From assembly GCF_044704955.1 (NCBI RefSeq), contig NC_092007.1:11718001-11782000 (forward strand): a DNA stretch of 64,000 nucleotides. Reading direction: 5' to 3'. Shown piece after piece: positions 13,358 to 25,941 of the stretch. The notes beneath the pieces were generated by a model. The model was not told the DNA's origin and did not search any database. It saw nothing but the letters and a program-made list of their open reading frames with translations. Positions within the stretch are counted from its first letter, which is position 1, and each line of letters begins with the position of its first letter. This DNA comes from Pristiophorus japonicus (taxonomy: Eukaryota). The position numbers and the translations under genes were made by a program.

Positions 13358-14040
13358 GGTACAGCAGGCGGTTAAGAAAGCAAATGGCATGTTGGCCTTC
13401 ATAGCGAGGGGATTTGAGTACAAGGGCAGGGAGGTGTTGCTACAATTGTACAGGGCCTTGGTGAGGCCACACCTGGAGTATTGTGTACAGTTTTGGTCTC
13501 CGAACCTGAGGAAGGACATTCTTGCTATTGAGGGAGTGCAGCGAAGGTTCACCAGACTGATTCCCGGGATGGCGGGACTGACCTATCAAGAAAGACTGGA
13601 TCAACTGGGCTTGTATTCACTGGAGTTCAGAAGAATGAGAGGGGACCTCATAGAAACGTTTAAAATTCTGACGGGGTTAGACAGGTTAGATGCAGGAAGA
13701 ATGTTCCCAATGTTGGATAAGTCCAGAACCAGGGGACACAGTCTAAGGATAAGGGGGAAGCCATTTAGGACTGAGATGAGGAGGAATTTCTTCACCCAGA
13801 GAGTGGTGAACCTGTGGAATTCTCTACCACAGAAAGTTGTTGAGGCCAATTCACTAAATATATTCAAAAAGGAGTTAGATGAAGTCCTTACTACTAGGGG
13901 AATCAAGGGGTATGGTGAGAAAGCAGGAATGGGGTACTGAAGTTGCATGTTCAGCCATGAACTCATTGAATGGCGGTGCAGGCTAGAAGGGCCGAATGGC
14001 CTACTCCTGCACCTATTTTCTATGTTTCTATGTTTCTATG
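13358..14040 (+). mobile_element. Young 5'-truncated CR1
   Basis: Open 183-aa ORF2 C-terminus (13389-13940) and (TTTCTATG)3 tail. Confidence 0.97.
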
Positions 14041-14100
14041 AAAGACTCACTTGACAGACGGAGGAAATGGTGGGATTTTCAGAACAAAAATAAAAGGAAG

Positions 14101-15595
14101 AACATAAGAACATAAGAATTAGGAACAGGAGTAGGCCATCTAGCCCCTCGAGCCTGCTCCGCCATTCAACAAGATCATGGCTGATCCGGCCGTGGACTCA
14201 GCTCCACTTACCTGCCCGCTCCCCGTAACCCTTAATTCCTTTATTGGTTAAAAATCTATCTATCTGTGACAGTTCAATAGCCTCAACTGCTTCCTTGGGC
14301 AGAGAATTCCACAGATTCACAACCCCCTGGGAGAAGAAATTCCTTCTCAACTCGGTTTTAAATTGGCTTCCTCGAATCTTGAAGCTGTGCCCCCTAGTTC
14401 TGGTCTCCCTGAGCAGTGGAAACAACCTCTCGGCCTCTATCTTGTCTATCCCTTTCATCATTTTGAATGTTTCTATAAGATCACCCCTCATCCTTGTGAA
14501 CTCCAACGAGTAAAGACCCAGTCTACTCAACTTATCTTCATAAGGTAACCCCCTGTTCTCCGGAATCAGCCTAGTGAATCGTCTCTGTACCCCCTCCAAA
14601 GCCAGTATATCTTTCCTTAAGTAAGGTAACCAAACCTGCATGCAGTACTCCAGGTGCGGCCTTACCAATACCCGAGATAGTTGCAGCAGGACCTCCCTGC
14701 TTTTTTACTTCATCCCTCTCGCAATGAAGGCCAACATTCCATTCGACTTCCTGATTACCTGCTGCACCTTCAAACTAAATTTTTGGGATTCATGCACAAG
14801 GACCCCCAGGTCCCTTTGCACCTCAGCATGTTGTAATTTCTCCCCATTCAAATAATATTCCCTTTTACTGTTTTTTTTCCCAAGGTGGATGACCTCACAC
14901 TTTCCGACAATGTATTCCATCTGCAATACCTTAGCCCATTCGCTTAACCTATCCAAATCTCTTTGCAGCCTCTCTGTGTCCTCTACACAACCCGCTTTCC
15001 CACTAATATTTGTGTCATCTGCAAATTTTGTTACACTACACTCTGTCCCCTCTGCCAGGTCATCTATGTATATTGTAAACAGTTGTGGTCCCAGCACCGA
15101 TCCTTGTGGCATACCACTAACCACCGATTTCCACCCCGAAAAGGACCCATTTATCCCGACTCTCTGCTTTCTGTTCGCCAGCCAATTCTCTATCCATCCT
15201 CATGCATTTCCTCTGACTCCGCGTACTTCTATCTTCTGCAGTAACCTTTTGTGTGGCACCTTATCGAATGCCTTTAGGAAATCTAAATACACCACATCCA
15301 TCGGTACACCTCTATCCACCATGCTCATTATATCCCTAAAGAATTCCAGTAAATTAGATAAACATGATTTCCCCTTCATGAATCCATGCTGCGTCTGCTT
15401 GATTCCACTATTCCTATCTCGATGTTCCGCTATTTCTTCTTTAATGATAGTTTCAAGTATTTTCCCCACTACAGATGTTAAACTAACTGGCCTATAATTA
15501 CCTGCCTTTTGTCTGTCCCCTTTTTTAAACAGAGATGTTACATTAGCTGCTTTCCAATCTGCTGGTACCAGCCCAGAGTCCAGAGACTGCCTATG
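14101..15595 (-). mobile_element. 5'-truncated CR1 of a second subfamily
   Basis: (AACATAAG)n tail; PQGSVLGP, FADD, QHGF, VRPHLEYC motifs. Confidence 0.95.
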
Positions 15596-15687
15596 CAATA
15601 ATACTCATCTGCTACAGAGCACAGATAGATACTCAAACAAAACAAACTCAAGAGACAGAATTTAAGATAAATAAGCTGGAAGAGATC

Positions 15688-15867
15688 TTCAGCCGTGAAC
15701 TCATTGAATGGCGGTGCAGGCTAGAAGGGTCGAATGGCCTACTCCTGCATCTATTTTCTATGTTTCTATGTTTCTATGTTTCTATGAACTCATTGAATGG
15801 CGGTGCGGGCTCGAAGGGCCGATTGGCCTACTCCTGCAACTATTTTCTATGTTTCTATGTTTCTATG
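15688..15867 (+). mobile_element. Two head-to-tail CR1 3'-UTR ends
   Basis: gaactcattgaatggcggtgc...cctactcctgc + (TTTCTATG)n occurs twice. Confidence 0.9.
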
Positions 15868-17439
15868 TAAGACAGGAGCAGACGGATAGTGCAATACACA
15901 GCTGTAACACCATCACCTGTGGTAATAGAGCCAATGTACCTCATGGTCCACAACATCAAACTAACAGTCAACCAGACAGGGATAACGAGTGTGCAGTAGA
16001 GCGGCCCACAGCACATGATAATGGCTACATATCAGCGTCCACACCATTCCCACCAATGGACGTAGAGCAGCCGACATTACCACACATGAGGGACCTCTCA
16101 GCCCACAGCAGAGACAAATTCTATTGAATAAGTTACCAACACCGAAGTCAAAATAGTAGAAATACAGAATTCTGACAAAAGATTGGAGTAGAATATGAAT
16201 GTGATTCAAAAGGCAGGCGAAAGGTTAGGGGAGTACAGGGAACGATAATGGATTGAATACAAAGGCCACTCTGGGGTTGATGACCCTGACAAAAATGTGC
16301 AGCATTCTTGAAAATGTTTAAAGACGGACTGGGAGATGCACATCCAAAGATAATTACGTTAGGATTTATGATAGTAGATAATTACGAGGAAACTTTGGAA
16401 TGGGCAGAACATGGAGAGGAGTTAAAGTTAGAACAAAAGGAGAAAATAGCAAAAATAGCAGCAACACCGGTTGCAGCAGAGACGAAGGAGGAGGAGATAC
16501 ACCCCCACGCAGCTTCCCTGATATGTTTTAACTACAATAAGGGAGGCCACTTCAGTAGGAATTGTCCACAGAAAAGAAGAGGTTACGGAAATTCTCAAGG
16601 GAAATGTCACAATTGTGGTAAACTTGGACATTTGGCCAAAGATTGCTGGAGTAAGGGAGGATGCGCAGGGAGGCAAGGTCCACAACAGGCAAACAAGGGA
16701 ACATCATTAACCAGGGAAGAGCTGATGGACATGCTCAGACAGGTACCAGCATCACTGCTACCACTGCCACCACCGCCCCGACCTGAGACACCCTTTAATG
16801 AGGATATCATCAAAATGGAGCGTCCGTTTCCATAACCAACTTAGATTTTCCCTGGACCCGCAGGACTGTAAACATCCAAGGTGTGGGTGCGGGTTATCAG
16901 AAAGCAACCCTAAGTGAGATGGTGTTATTAGAAGTACAGGAATTAATGTTACCTACTCGGTTTTGATACTGTCAGAACACAGAAGGCAGCATACTGGGCA
17001 TCCATATCTTAAGTGAGATAGGGGTACTGATAGATCCCCAGCGTAACCGGATAATTTGGGGGGATAATCACGAAAACGAAATTAAGTTCGAGCACCCGGG
17101 ACACCAGCAGCAACAGTTGGCAAGAATAACCCGAGTCCAGCCTGCGTGGGAAACAAAAGCTTTCTCCCATCGAACTTCAGTCCACTCTTTTATATGTCTC
17201 TCATGTAATTACATTTTCTACAGTATTCTGAGAAGATATACAAATTCCATTAACACTTTAGACACCTCGTACATCAATATAGCACATCGAGAAGATGCAA
17301 ATAATCCACCCAACTCTTTACGCACCACAGCTAGGAAGTATATAAAAGTATATATTAAAATAGAAACAAATACATATTATGGCTCCTTAGATTTATATAA
17401 CTTATTCCCATCGCCTGATCAAAATCCTTCTGCTGTGGC

Positions 17440-17501
17440 TTATATTTGCATGCCTGACCTGGCAATATTCATTGCATCATTAGCAAACTGATACATGATA
17501 C
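17440..17501 (-). pseudogene. Orphan LIM2-like (PMP22/claudin family) terminal exon, copy 1: (G)IMYQFANDAMNIARSGMQI*
   Basis: tgcag acceptor, phase 1, 62 coding nt, same length and G-I-x-Y-x-x-A pattern as the LIM2 last exon (GIFYMCAY..., recalled); downstream sequence shared with copies 2 and 3. Confidence 0.55.
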
Positions 17502-17502
17502 C

Positions 17503-17838
17503 TGCACGAGTTAGATACAGAGTAAAGCTCTCTCTACACTGTCCCATCAAACAATCCCAGGGCAGGTACAGCACGGGGTTTGATACAGAGTTAAGCTCCC
17601 TCTATATTGTCCCAACAAACACTCCCAGGGCAGGTACAGCACGGGGTTAGATACTGAGTAAAATTCCCTCTACTCTGTCCCTATCAAACAGTCCCACAGC
17701 AGGTTCAGCACGGGGTTAGATACAGAGTAAAGCTCCCTCTACACTGTCCCTATCAAACACTACCAGCGCAGGTTCAGCACGGGGTCAGATGCAGAGTAAA
17801 GCTCCCTCTACACTGTGCCACCAAATAACCCCAGGGCA
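17503..17838. repeat. 68-bp minisatellite, about 5 units
   Basis: GCACGGGGTTAGATACAGAGTAAAGCTCCCTCTACACTGTCCCATCAAACACTCCCAGGGCAGGTACA repeated. Confidence 0.95.
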
Positions 17839-17849
17839 AGAATCTATAA

Positions 17850-18139
17850 CACACTCCCCAAAACCCTTTATTTCCTTGTCGTTTTAGAAACGGTCAACCT
17901 CTGTCTTAAACTTATTCAATATCCCGCCTTCCACAGCTCTCTGAGGCAGCGAATTCCACAGATTTACAACCCTCTGAGAGAAGAAATTTCTTCTCGTCTC
18001 AGTTTTAAATAGTCGGCCCCTTATTCTAAGACCATGCCCTCTAGATCCAGTCTCCCCCATCAGTGGAAACATCCTCTCTGCATCCACCTTGTCAAGCTCC
18101 TCATAATCTTACACGTTTCGATAAGATCACCTCTCATTC
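17850..18139 (-). mobile_element. CR1 3' fragment (paralog of 35790-36080)
   Basis: ORF 17884-18087 RGHGLRIRGRLFKTETRRNFFSQRVVNLWNSLP. Confidence 0.9.
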
Positions 18140-21100
18140 GTCAGCAAATCAGTCAGCACACAAGTGCTGCTTCAAGTACTGTGAACAAAGTGATGTTGTT
18201 TTCGAATCGTAACGTACAGGGTAGGTCATACATACCTGCAGCTACACGTCCGCAAATGTCTCAGAGTCCACCATCAAGAGTGATGAATCAAGGCCATGAA
18301 CACCTTGTTGGCGCTGTGGGGATGATCAGCGTTTCCATTCATGCCGATTCAAAGGATACGTTTACAAGTGCTGTGGAACAATGGGACACTTCCAACCAGT
18401 GTGCAGGCGAGCTGCTAAGTCTGTTAAACCTGCAAACCACCATGTTGCAGAGGAGGACAGATCCACGGATGATCACGATGAACCAGAGCCTCAGAGGCAG
18501 AGTTGCATGGGGTGAACACATTCACCATGAATTGTCCCCCGATAATGCTGAATGTTGAAAGAAATAAACTCCCACTTTAAATGAAGCTGGACATGGGTGC
18601 GAGCCAGTCCATCATGGGCAAAAGACTTTTGAAAGTTGTCGTGCAACAAGACCTCAAGGCCAGTCTTAACTCCAGTTTGCACGAGACTAAGAACTTACAC
18701 GAAAGAACTGATTCCTGTAATCGACAGTGCTACCATAAAAGTCTCTTATGATGGAGCGGTGCACAAGCTCCCACTCTGGGTGGTAGCGGGCATTGGTCCC
18801 ATGCTGCTCGGCAGGAGCTGACTGGGAAAAATACGCTGGAAGTGGAACGACGTCCGACCGCTATCGCCTGCTAGCGACACTTCCTTTGCCCAGGTCTGAA
18901 ACATATTTCCTTCGCTGTTCGAACCATGCATCGGGAATTTCCAAGGAACAAAAGTGCAGATGCACCTTATCCCGGGGGTGCGCCCAATCCGTCACAAGGC
19001 GAAAGCAGTACTGTACATGTTGAGAGAAAGGATAGAGATCGAACTAGACCAGCTGCAACGAGAGGGCATAATTTCACCGATCGAGTTCAGCGAGTGGGCC
19101 AGTCCTATTGTCCCAGTCCTCAAGGGAGATGGCACAGTCAGAATCTGTGGCGATTACAATGTAACTATCAATCGTTTCTCCCTGCGGTACCAACATCCAC
19201 TACCAAAAGCCGATGAACTCTTTGCAACGCTGGTGGGAGGAAAGACGTTCATGAAGCTGGATCTGACCTCAGCCTGCATGACGCAGGAACTGGAGGAATC
19301 ATCGAAGGTCCTCATCTGCATCAACACGCACAAAGGTCTTTTTGTTTATAACAGATACCCGTTTTGAATCCGATCAGTGGCGGCGATATTCAAGAGAAGC
19401 ATGGAAGGTTTACTGAAGTCGGTTCCAGACACCGTGGTCTTCCAGGATGACATCTTGTTCATCGGTCAGAATACAGTCGAGCATCTGCAGAACCTGGAGG
19501 AGGTTCTTATTCGACTCAACCGCGTGGGGCTCAGGTTAAAACGCTCGAAGTGCATTTTCCTGGCGCCTGAAGTGGAGTTCCTGGGAAGGAGGATTGCGGT
19601 GGATGGCCTCAGGCCCACCAACGCGAAGAGGTAGGCAATCGAGAATGCACTGAGGCCACAGAACGTGATGGAGCTGCGGTCGTTTCTGGGACTCTTGAAC
19701 TACTTTGTTAACTTCTTACCGGGTCTCAGCACCCTGCTAGCATCACTACGTGTCTTACCAGGAAAAGGGGGCGAATGGGCTTGGGGCAAAAGCCAAGAAA
19801 ATGCCTTTGTAAAAGCGAGAAAATTGTTATGCTCAAACAAATTGCTTGTGTTGTATGATCCATGTAAGCGTTTGGTATTAGCATGTGATATGTCGTCATA
19901 TGGCGTCCGGTGTGTATTGCAACAAGCTAATGATTTTGGGAAACTGCAACCGGTTACTTATGCATCCAGGTGTCTGTCTAAGGCCAAGAGAACCAAAAGC
20001 ATGATTGAAAAAGAAGTGTTAGCGTGGGTTTATAGGGTAAATAAAATGCATCAATATCTGTTTGGGCTAAAATTCATATTGGAAACTGACCATAAGCCAC
20101 TCATATCCTTGTTTTCCGAGAGTAAAGGGATAAATACCAACGCATCGGCCCGCATCCAAAAATGGGCGCTCACGTTGTCCGCATACAACTAAGCCTTCCG
20201 CTACAGGCCAAGCACAGAAAACTACGCTTATGCTCTCAGTAGGCTGCCATTGCCCACGACGGAAGTGGAAATGGCACAGTCCGCAGTTCTAGCCATGGTT
20301 ATGGAAGCATTTGAGAGTGAGCAATCACCCATCACTGCCCGGCAGATCAAAACCTGGACAAACCAGGACACCTTATTATCTCCAGTCAAAAGCTGTGTGC
20401 TTCACGGGAGCTGGTCCAGGGTCCCAGTGGAAATGCAGGAAGAGTTAAATCCGTTCCAGCAGCGCAAAGATGAAATGTCTGTACAGGCAGACTGCCTTCT
20501 GTGGGGCAATCGAGTAGTGGTCCCCAAGAAGGGCAGAGACACTTTCCTCAATAGCCTTCACAATACCCACCCAGGCATTGTAATGATGAATGCGAAAGCC
20601 AGATCCCACGTGTGGAGTCCCAGCATCGATGCGGACTTGGAGTCCTGCGTTCACAGGTGTAATACATGCTCGCAGTTGAGCAATGTACCCATGAGGCACC
20701 GCTAAGTTAATGGTCTAGGCCCTCCAAACCGTGGCTTCGGGTCCAAGTCAACTATGCAGGCCTATTCTTGGGTAAAATGTTCCTTGTGGTTGTAGATGCG
20801 TACTCCAAGTGGAATAAATGTGAGATAATTGTATTAAATTATGGACAAGGTCCCAAGTGGCTTCCTGGCACTGTCGTGGCCAAAGAGGAGAGCAGGGTGT
20901 TTCGGGTCAAACTTACAAATGGATTAATTCACCGGAAACACTTGGACCAAATCAAAATCAGATTCATGGACTACCCTGAGCAAGCCACATTGGACCCTAC
21001 CTTTTTGGATCCCCCAACACACACACGAGTGGCAACCGACACTATGGTTGACCACAACGCAGAACCAATCATTCACAGCAGCCCTGCAGGGCCCAACATA

Positions 21101-21473
21101 CCAGGCAGCTCAGCAAGGCCAGCTGCACAGCAGCCCAGCGAGGGAACAACAAATGACTCAACAACACCAGCTTTCACACCGAGACGATCAACCAGGACAA
21201 GAAGGGTCCCAGATCGACTCAGATTGTAAATAGTTACACTATTGACTTTGGGGAGGAATGTTATTATATAGGTGGACTTGTATTTACTCTGTACAGCCAC
21301 CAGAGGGCTCATTCCCTGGAGTCCCAAGAGATCCCATAATCCCTTGGGAGCACAGGTATTTAAGAAGGCTTCACAGGTTGGAGAGGCACTCTGGAGACTT
21401 GCAATAAAATACTACGGTCAGACTTTACTTTGAGCTCACCGTGTTCAATCTGACACTTTCTCCATACACAATA
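18140..21473 (+). mobile_element. 5'-truncated Ty3/Gypsy retrotransposon with 3' LTR (21259-21473)
   Basis: RT WASPIVPV, CGDY, FQDD; RNase H ACD, TDHKPL; integrase H..HPG..C..C with core deleted; PPT ggggaggaa; LTR TGTT...CAATA. Confidence 0.95.
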
Positions 21474-21474
21474 G

Positions 21475-22110
21475 ATACCCACCCTCCTACATGCCTGAGA
21501 CACATGGACAATATACAGTCGGCACCTCAAAGCACTGGAGAAGTACCACCAACGCTGCCTCCACAAAATCCTGCAAAGTCCCTGGGAGGATAGGTGCACC
21601 AACTTCCGCGTTCTCTCTCAGGCCAACATCCTCAGTATCAATGTGCTGACCACACTCGATCAACTCCACTGGGCGGGCCACATCATCTGCATGCTCGATG
21701 CTAGACTCCGAAACAGGCACTCTACTCCGAGCTACGTCACGGCAAGCGAGCCCCAGGAGGGCAGAGGAAACTCTTCTAGGACACCCTCAAAACCTCCTTG
21801 AATATATGTAACATCACCAACGGCTTTTGGGTATCCCTGACCCAAATCCACTCAAAGTGGAGGAGGAGCATCCGAGAAGGTGCTGAATGCCTCGAGTCTC
21901 TTTCACGGGAGCACCGGATGCCAAGCGCAAACAGCGGAATGAGCGCATGACAAGCCAAGGACTCCAGCAACCGATCCCTCCAACCACTGTCTGCCCCAGA
22001 CACCGCCTATGACAGAGACTGTGGGTCCCGCATTGGGCTCATCAGTCACCTGAGAACTCGTATTTGTGGAAGCAAGTCATCCTCTACCCCGAGGGACTGC
22101 CTGAGAAGAT
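21475..22110 (+). mobile_element. RTE-clade LINE 3' fragment
   Basis: ETWTIYSRHLKALEKYHQRCLHKIL..W.D and GGQRK motifs. Confidence 0.85.
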
Positions 22111-22139
22111 GAGCTGTATGTAGTACGTCTAGTCCTCGT

Positions 22140-22780
22140 AGTGTTCACCTTTATTGCAAAGGGGATAGAGTATAAAGGCAGACAAGTCCCGCGACAACTC
22201 TGCAGGATATTGGTGAGGCCACACCTGGAGTACAGCGTCCAGATTTGACATTTTTATTTAAGGAGGGATATACTTGCATTGGAGGCAGTTCAGTGAAGGT
22301 TCATGAGGTTAATTCCTGAAATGATGGGGTTGTATTATGAAGAAGCTTTCAGCAGGTTGGGTATATATTGGAGCTTAGAAAAATGAGAGGTGATTTTATT
22401 GAAATGTATAAGATTCCGAGGAGACTTGACAGTGTACATGCAGAGAGGATTATTCCCCTTGTGGGGGAATCGAGAAGTAGGGGGCATATTTTCTGAATAA
22501 AGGGGCGCCCATTTAAAACGGAGATGGGTAAGAATTTCTTCTCTGAGAGACTTGTGAATCTGTAGAATTCTCTTCCTCAGAGAGCTTTGGAGGGTGGGTC
22601 AGTGAATATATTTATGGTGGAGATAGACAGATTCTTGAATGATAGGGGAGTCACAGAGTATGGGGAGCAGGCAGGTTCGAGGAGTTGAGGCCAAGATCAG
22701 ATCAGCTATGATCTTATTGATGGCGGAGCCGGCTCGAGTGGTCAAATGGTGGACACCTGATCCGAAGATGTTCTCATGTG
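22140..22780 (+). mobile_element. Degenerate CR1 3' fragment
   Basis: VRPHLEY and RG..FKTEM..NFF remnants plus 3' UTR. Confidence 0.85.
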
Positions 22781-22823
22781 TGTTGTAATTCTGTGCCTGT
22801 GTGTGTGTTAGTTTGCATCTCTG

Positions 22824-23268
22824 TGTAAGACTTACGTTAATTAAGACAGGTTTTAGCCTGTAAAGTTTATGTCTTTTCCCTGCACTTTACAGAGCTGGAA
22901 ATTAACCCCCTGATTCTCTTGGTAACTGACCAGGTTACCAATCGCTGGATTGTAGTGCTGCCTTCATGTGTCACAGGCATTTTATCTGTTTTTTTCAGAA
23001 TGACTGCCCACCGTGTACATAATTCTCCAGATTTAATTCACAGCGAAAGTTTTTCACAATGAATGTAAGTTTCATTCTCGTATCTCCTTGTTGCAGCTCG
23101 ATTACTGTTCCCAGGCAATGTCCTTTTGCAGCTGCGAGCTTTTAAAACCCTGGAGAAAGCCTTTTGAATTCGCAATGCCTTCTGCGTCTTTGGTTTTTGC
23201 CATCTTTGAGCAGTTTGCAAGCACAATTATTAGCAGAAAATGAGACAAAAGAATGCTGTGGTCTTACA
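22824..23268 (-). mobile_element. ERV-B 3' LTR (internally deleted)
   Basis: Perfect 8-bp inverted termini TGTAAGAC...GTCTTACA; alignable by eye with 39360-40083 and 53987-54699. Confidence 0.85.
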
Positions 23269-23317
23269 GATCCAACCAGAGGTAAATGGACTCGAACTTT
23301 TCGAGTCCCAGTAACTT

Positions 23318-24400
23318 TTAGTTCAGTTCAGTATCCTCTCCTTTCGTCTGTGTTTCCTGAATCAGCGTGATACACTCCTGCTGCTGGCATCTCCTGTTAA
23401 CACGGCAGGATATTATCAGACAATGCAACACATTCCCTGGCTGTGCAGCGACCAACACACGTGAGACAATCCGTAATTCACGGAAGATTTTCACTGTTCA
23501 ATACAATGTCCAGCCAGGATGCATCATCAGCAAACTTAAACATTTCTTTCCAAACTTCACGGTTTTTCTAGGCCATAATAGTGGCTTTGGAACTGTTTAA
23601 CACATTTCATTAACTTTGCCAAGTGTTCCGGTGGAGCTGGGATGCCAAAGTCAAATCGCACCATGTACTGGTGAAATTGCTTCTTTAATGCATCTTCCAC
23701 AGCAATATCTAATTGCCTCTGCTGATAAATGCAGAACGAAACCCTTGCCCCAAGTCTTACAGTTTGGGCTGGGGTAAAGCACATGTTCCCATCCCGCTGG
23801 GACAATTCAGGTCGGCACTATACTGGTATTGCCATTGTATGGTGGTGACACAATACTCGCCCTTCCCTCTATATGCAGATCGTACGGGGAAAATGCTGTC
23901 CCGCAATTACCTTCACGGTATAGGTCCATACTATCACATCCCACTTAGACCCGCACGCTTGGGCTGCATGTTCTGCCACATCGAAGGGACAAGTGAACAT
24001 GTCCCCGAACTTCAGCACATCTAGATAGGCCTGGGGCTACCCATGTTGTCACATCCAACCGCGTCACATACTGCGGGGCTTCATAATATCTGACGAAATG
24101 GTCTCCCTGATGTATTCCTACGTTCTGTACTCAGAACAAAAGATTTGTGGTTATTTTCTCAGGCATAATTGTGTAATAACATAAAGTTGCGCTGTTCTGG
24201 TAGACGGCATTCGTGCCTCACCGGGTATACCAGTACCAACCGCATGACTTGGCACAGAGTCTGAGCTAGTTGGTAAATGCGCAGCGCCCTCAGATGTCGA
24301 TCAATTGCCCACGATGGGGGCTTTCCCTCAGCAATATTCCGCAGGTTCTTGAAGGCTCGTTCCACTAACCAAGATGCGCATCTTACATGTATATTCAACG
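23318..24400 (-). pseudogene. ERV-B env remnant, F-glycoprotein-like, several frameshifts
   Basis: Stitched frames: NIAEGKPPSWAI..VQNVGIHQGDHFVRYYEAPQYV..WVAPGLSRC..FTCP..ACG..AYRGKGEYCVTT..NCP..NMCFTP, then a helical stretch, hydrophobic segment, short tail and stop about 50 nt before the LTR. Confidence 0.7.
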
Positions 24401-24404
24401 TCAG

Positions 24405-25140
24405 CAGGCTGCAGTTAATGGGGTGATGCAGGGATCAGTGCTGGGGCCTCAGCTATTTACAATCTATATTGATGATCTAGATGATGGGACCGAGTGTAAT
24501 GTATCCAAGTTTGTTGAATATACAAAACGTGGTGGGACAGTAAGCTGTGAAGAGAAGGCAAAACGTCGGGAACTAGATGTAGATAGACTGAGTGAGTGGG
24601 CAGTAAGGTGGCAGATGGAGTATAATGTGGCGAAATCTGAGGTTATTAACTTTGGTAGAAAAAATAGAAAAAGAGAATATTTTTTAAATGGTGAGAAACA
24701 TTTAAATGTTGGTGATCAGACAGATTTGAGTGTTCTTGTGTAAGATACACAGACAGCTAGCATGTGGGTACAGCAAGCAAGTCGGAAGGCAATAGGCATA
24801 TTGTCCTTTATTGCAAGTGGGTTGGGGTATAAGAGTAGGGAAGTCTTGGTAGAATTGTACAGGACCTTGGTGAGACCACACCTGATGTACTGTGCAAAGT
24901 TTTGGTCTCCTTATCTAAGGAAGGATATACTTGACTTGGAGGCGGTACAACGTATGTTCTCTCGACCGATTCCTGGGGTGAGAGTGCTGTCTTATGTTAA
25001 GAGATTGTGTAGAACGCTCTAGAGTATTCTGTATGCTCTAGAGTTTAGAAAACTGAGAGATGATCTCATTGAAACATACGGAATGCTTACAGGACATGAC
25101 AGGGTGGTTGCAGGGAGGATATTTCCCCGAGCTGGAGAGG
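24405..25140 (+). mobile_element. CR1 RT fragment inside ERV-B
   Basis: QGSVLGPQLFTIYIDDLD, VRPHLMYCAKFWSP. Confidence 0.9.
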
Positions 25141-25941
25141 TTTTTTTAACAGACACCATACCAACTAACTTCAAGGCTGAAGCTTATCTTTTGCAGAACA
25201 AATGGTCTTCTGTGCATTTCATAACAACAATAACTTGTATCTATTTGCGAGAATTATATTCAAAATAGCTCTGCACCTGCATTTATAACCTATGATCTAA
25301 TTCAATTGTGGGTGCACGCTTTCATTACCATTATTGAACAAAGGCAGTCGTACAAGCTAGACGATATTGAACCCTGTAATGGATTATGAACTGGAGGTGC
25401 CAAATCAGTTCATAACCAAAAACATGACTCAAGTACCTCTCTAAAATAATACACATACATAATTCAAGTAAAAAACTTTTCAACATAAGCAATTATCTAA
25501 CATCCACGATAAGATTACAAAGGGTTAAATGGATTTCAGCTCTAAATCCATAAAGGTGGGTGGAGCTAAGACAAACATACAGACAGTCTCTTTTCCAAAG
25601 ACTGGCTTTCGAGCAAACAACAAATTCATCATCTCCCTAAATATTCACGTTCGGTAACTCTCGCGACAAATGCACATTTTCCTTGCAAACTGGAATTTCA
25701 ACATTCTTTCAAGCTTCTTTCAGTCAATGATATCCGATGTTTCTTTATTCTTTTCTTGGCGCAAACACTGACAACGTCAAGTGTCAGTTTCAACTTCACC
25801 GATCCTTTAAAACATTATGAATTCGCAAAGACTTTTGGGGCACTAATAATTTGGTCAACACATGTTTTCAGCCATCTTGGAGCAATTTGCAAGCACAGTT
25901 ATGAACTGAAAATGAGCCCTCATAAATGCTGTAGTCTTGCC
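25140..25941 (-). mobile_element. ERV-B 5' remnant: partial LTR (25818-25941) fused to internal sequence
   Basis: 25818-25941 matches LTR 54578-54699; 25585-25815 matches 51310-51550. Confidence 0.7.

Larger units (their letters stand above)
12073..17160 (+). mobile_element. ERV-A internal region: leader, decayed gag, protease remnant (interrupted by CR1s)
   Basis: MHR-like IQKAGERLGEYRER at 16204-16245; knuckles CFNYNKGGHFSRNC and CHNCGKLGHLAKDC in ORF 16308-16835; IQGVG..SILGIHIL retropepsin C-half at about 16866-17060. Confidence 0.8.

Noticed and set aside
16308-16835. Host CCHC zinc-finger gene
   Set aside because: Sits between an MHR and a protease remnant downstream of LTR/PBS; it is gag.
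22824-25941. Target-site duplication around ERV-B
   Set aside because: Flanks (tctg vs gacg/gatg) do not match; no TSD claimed.
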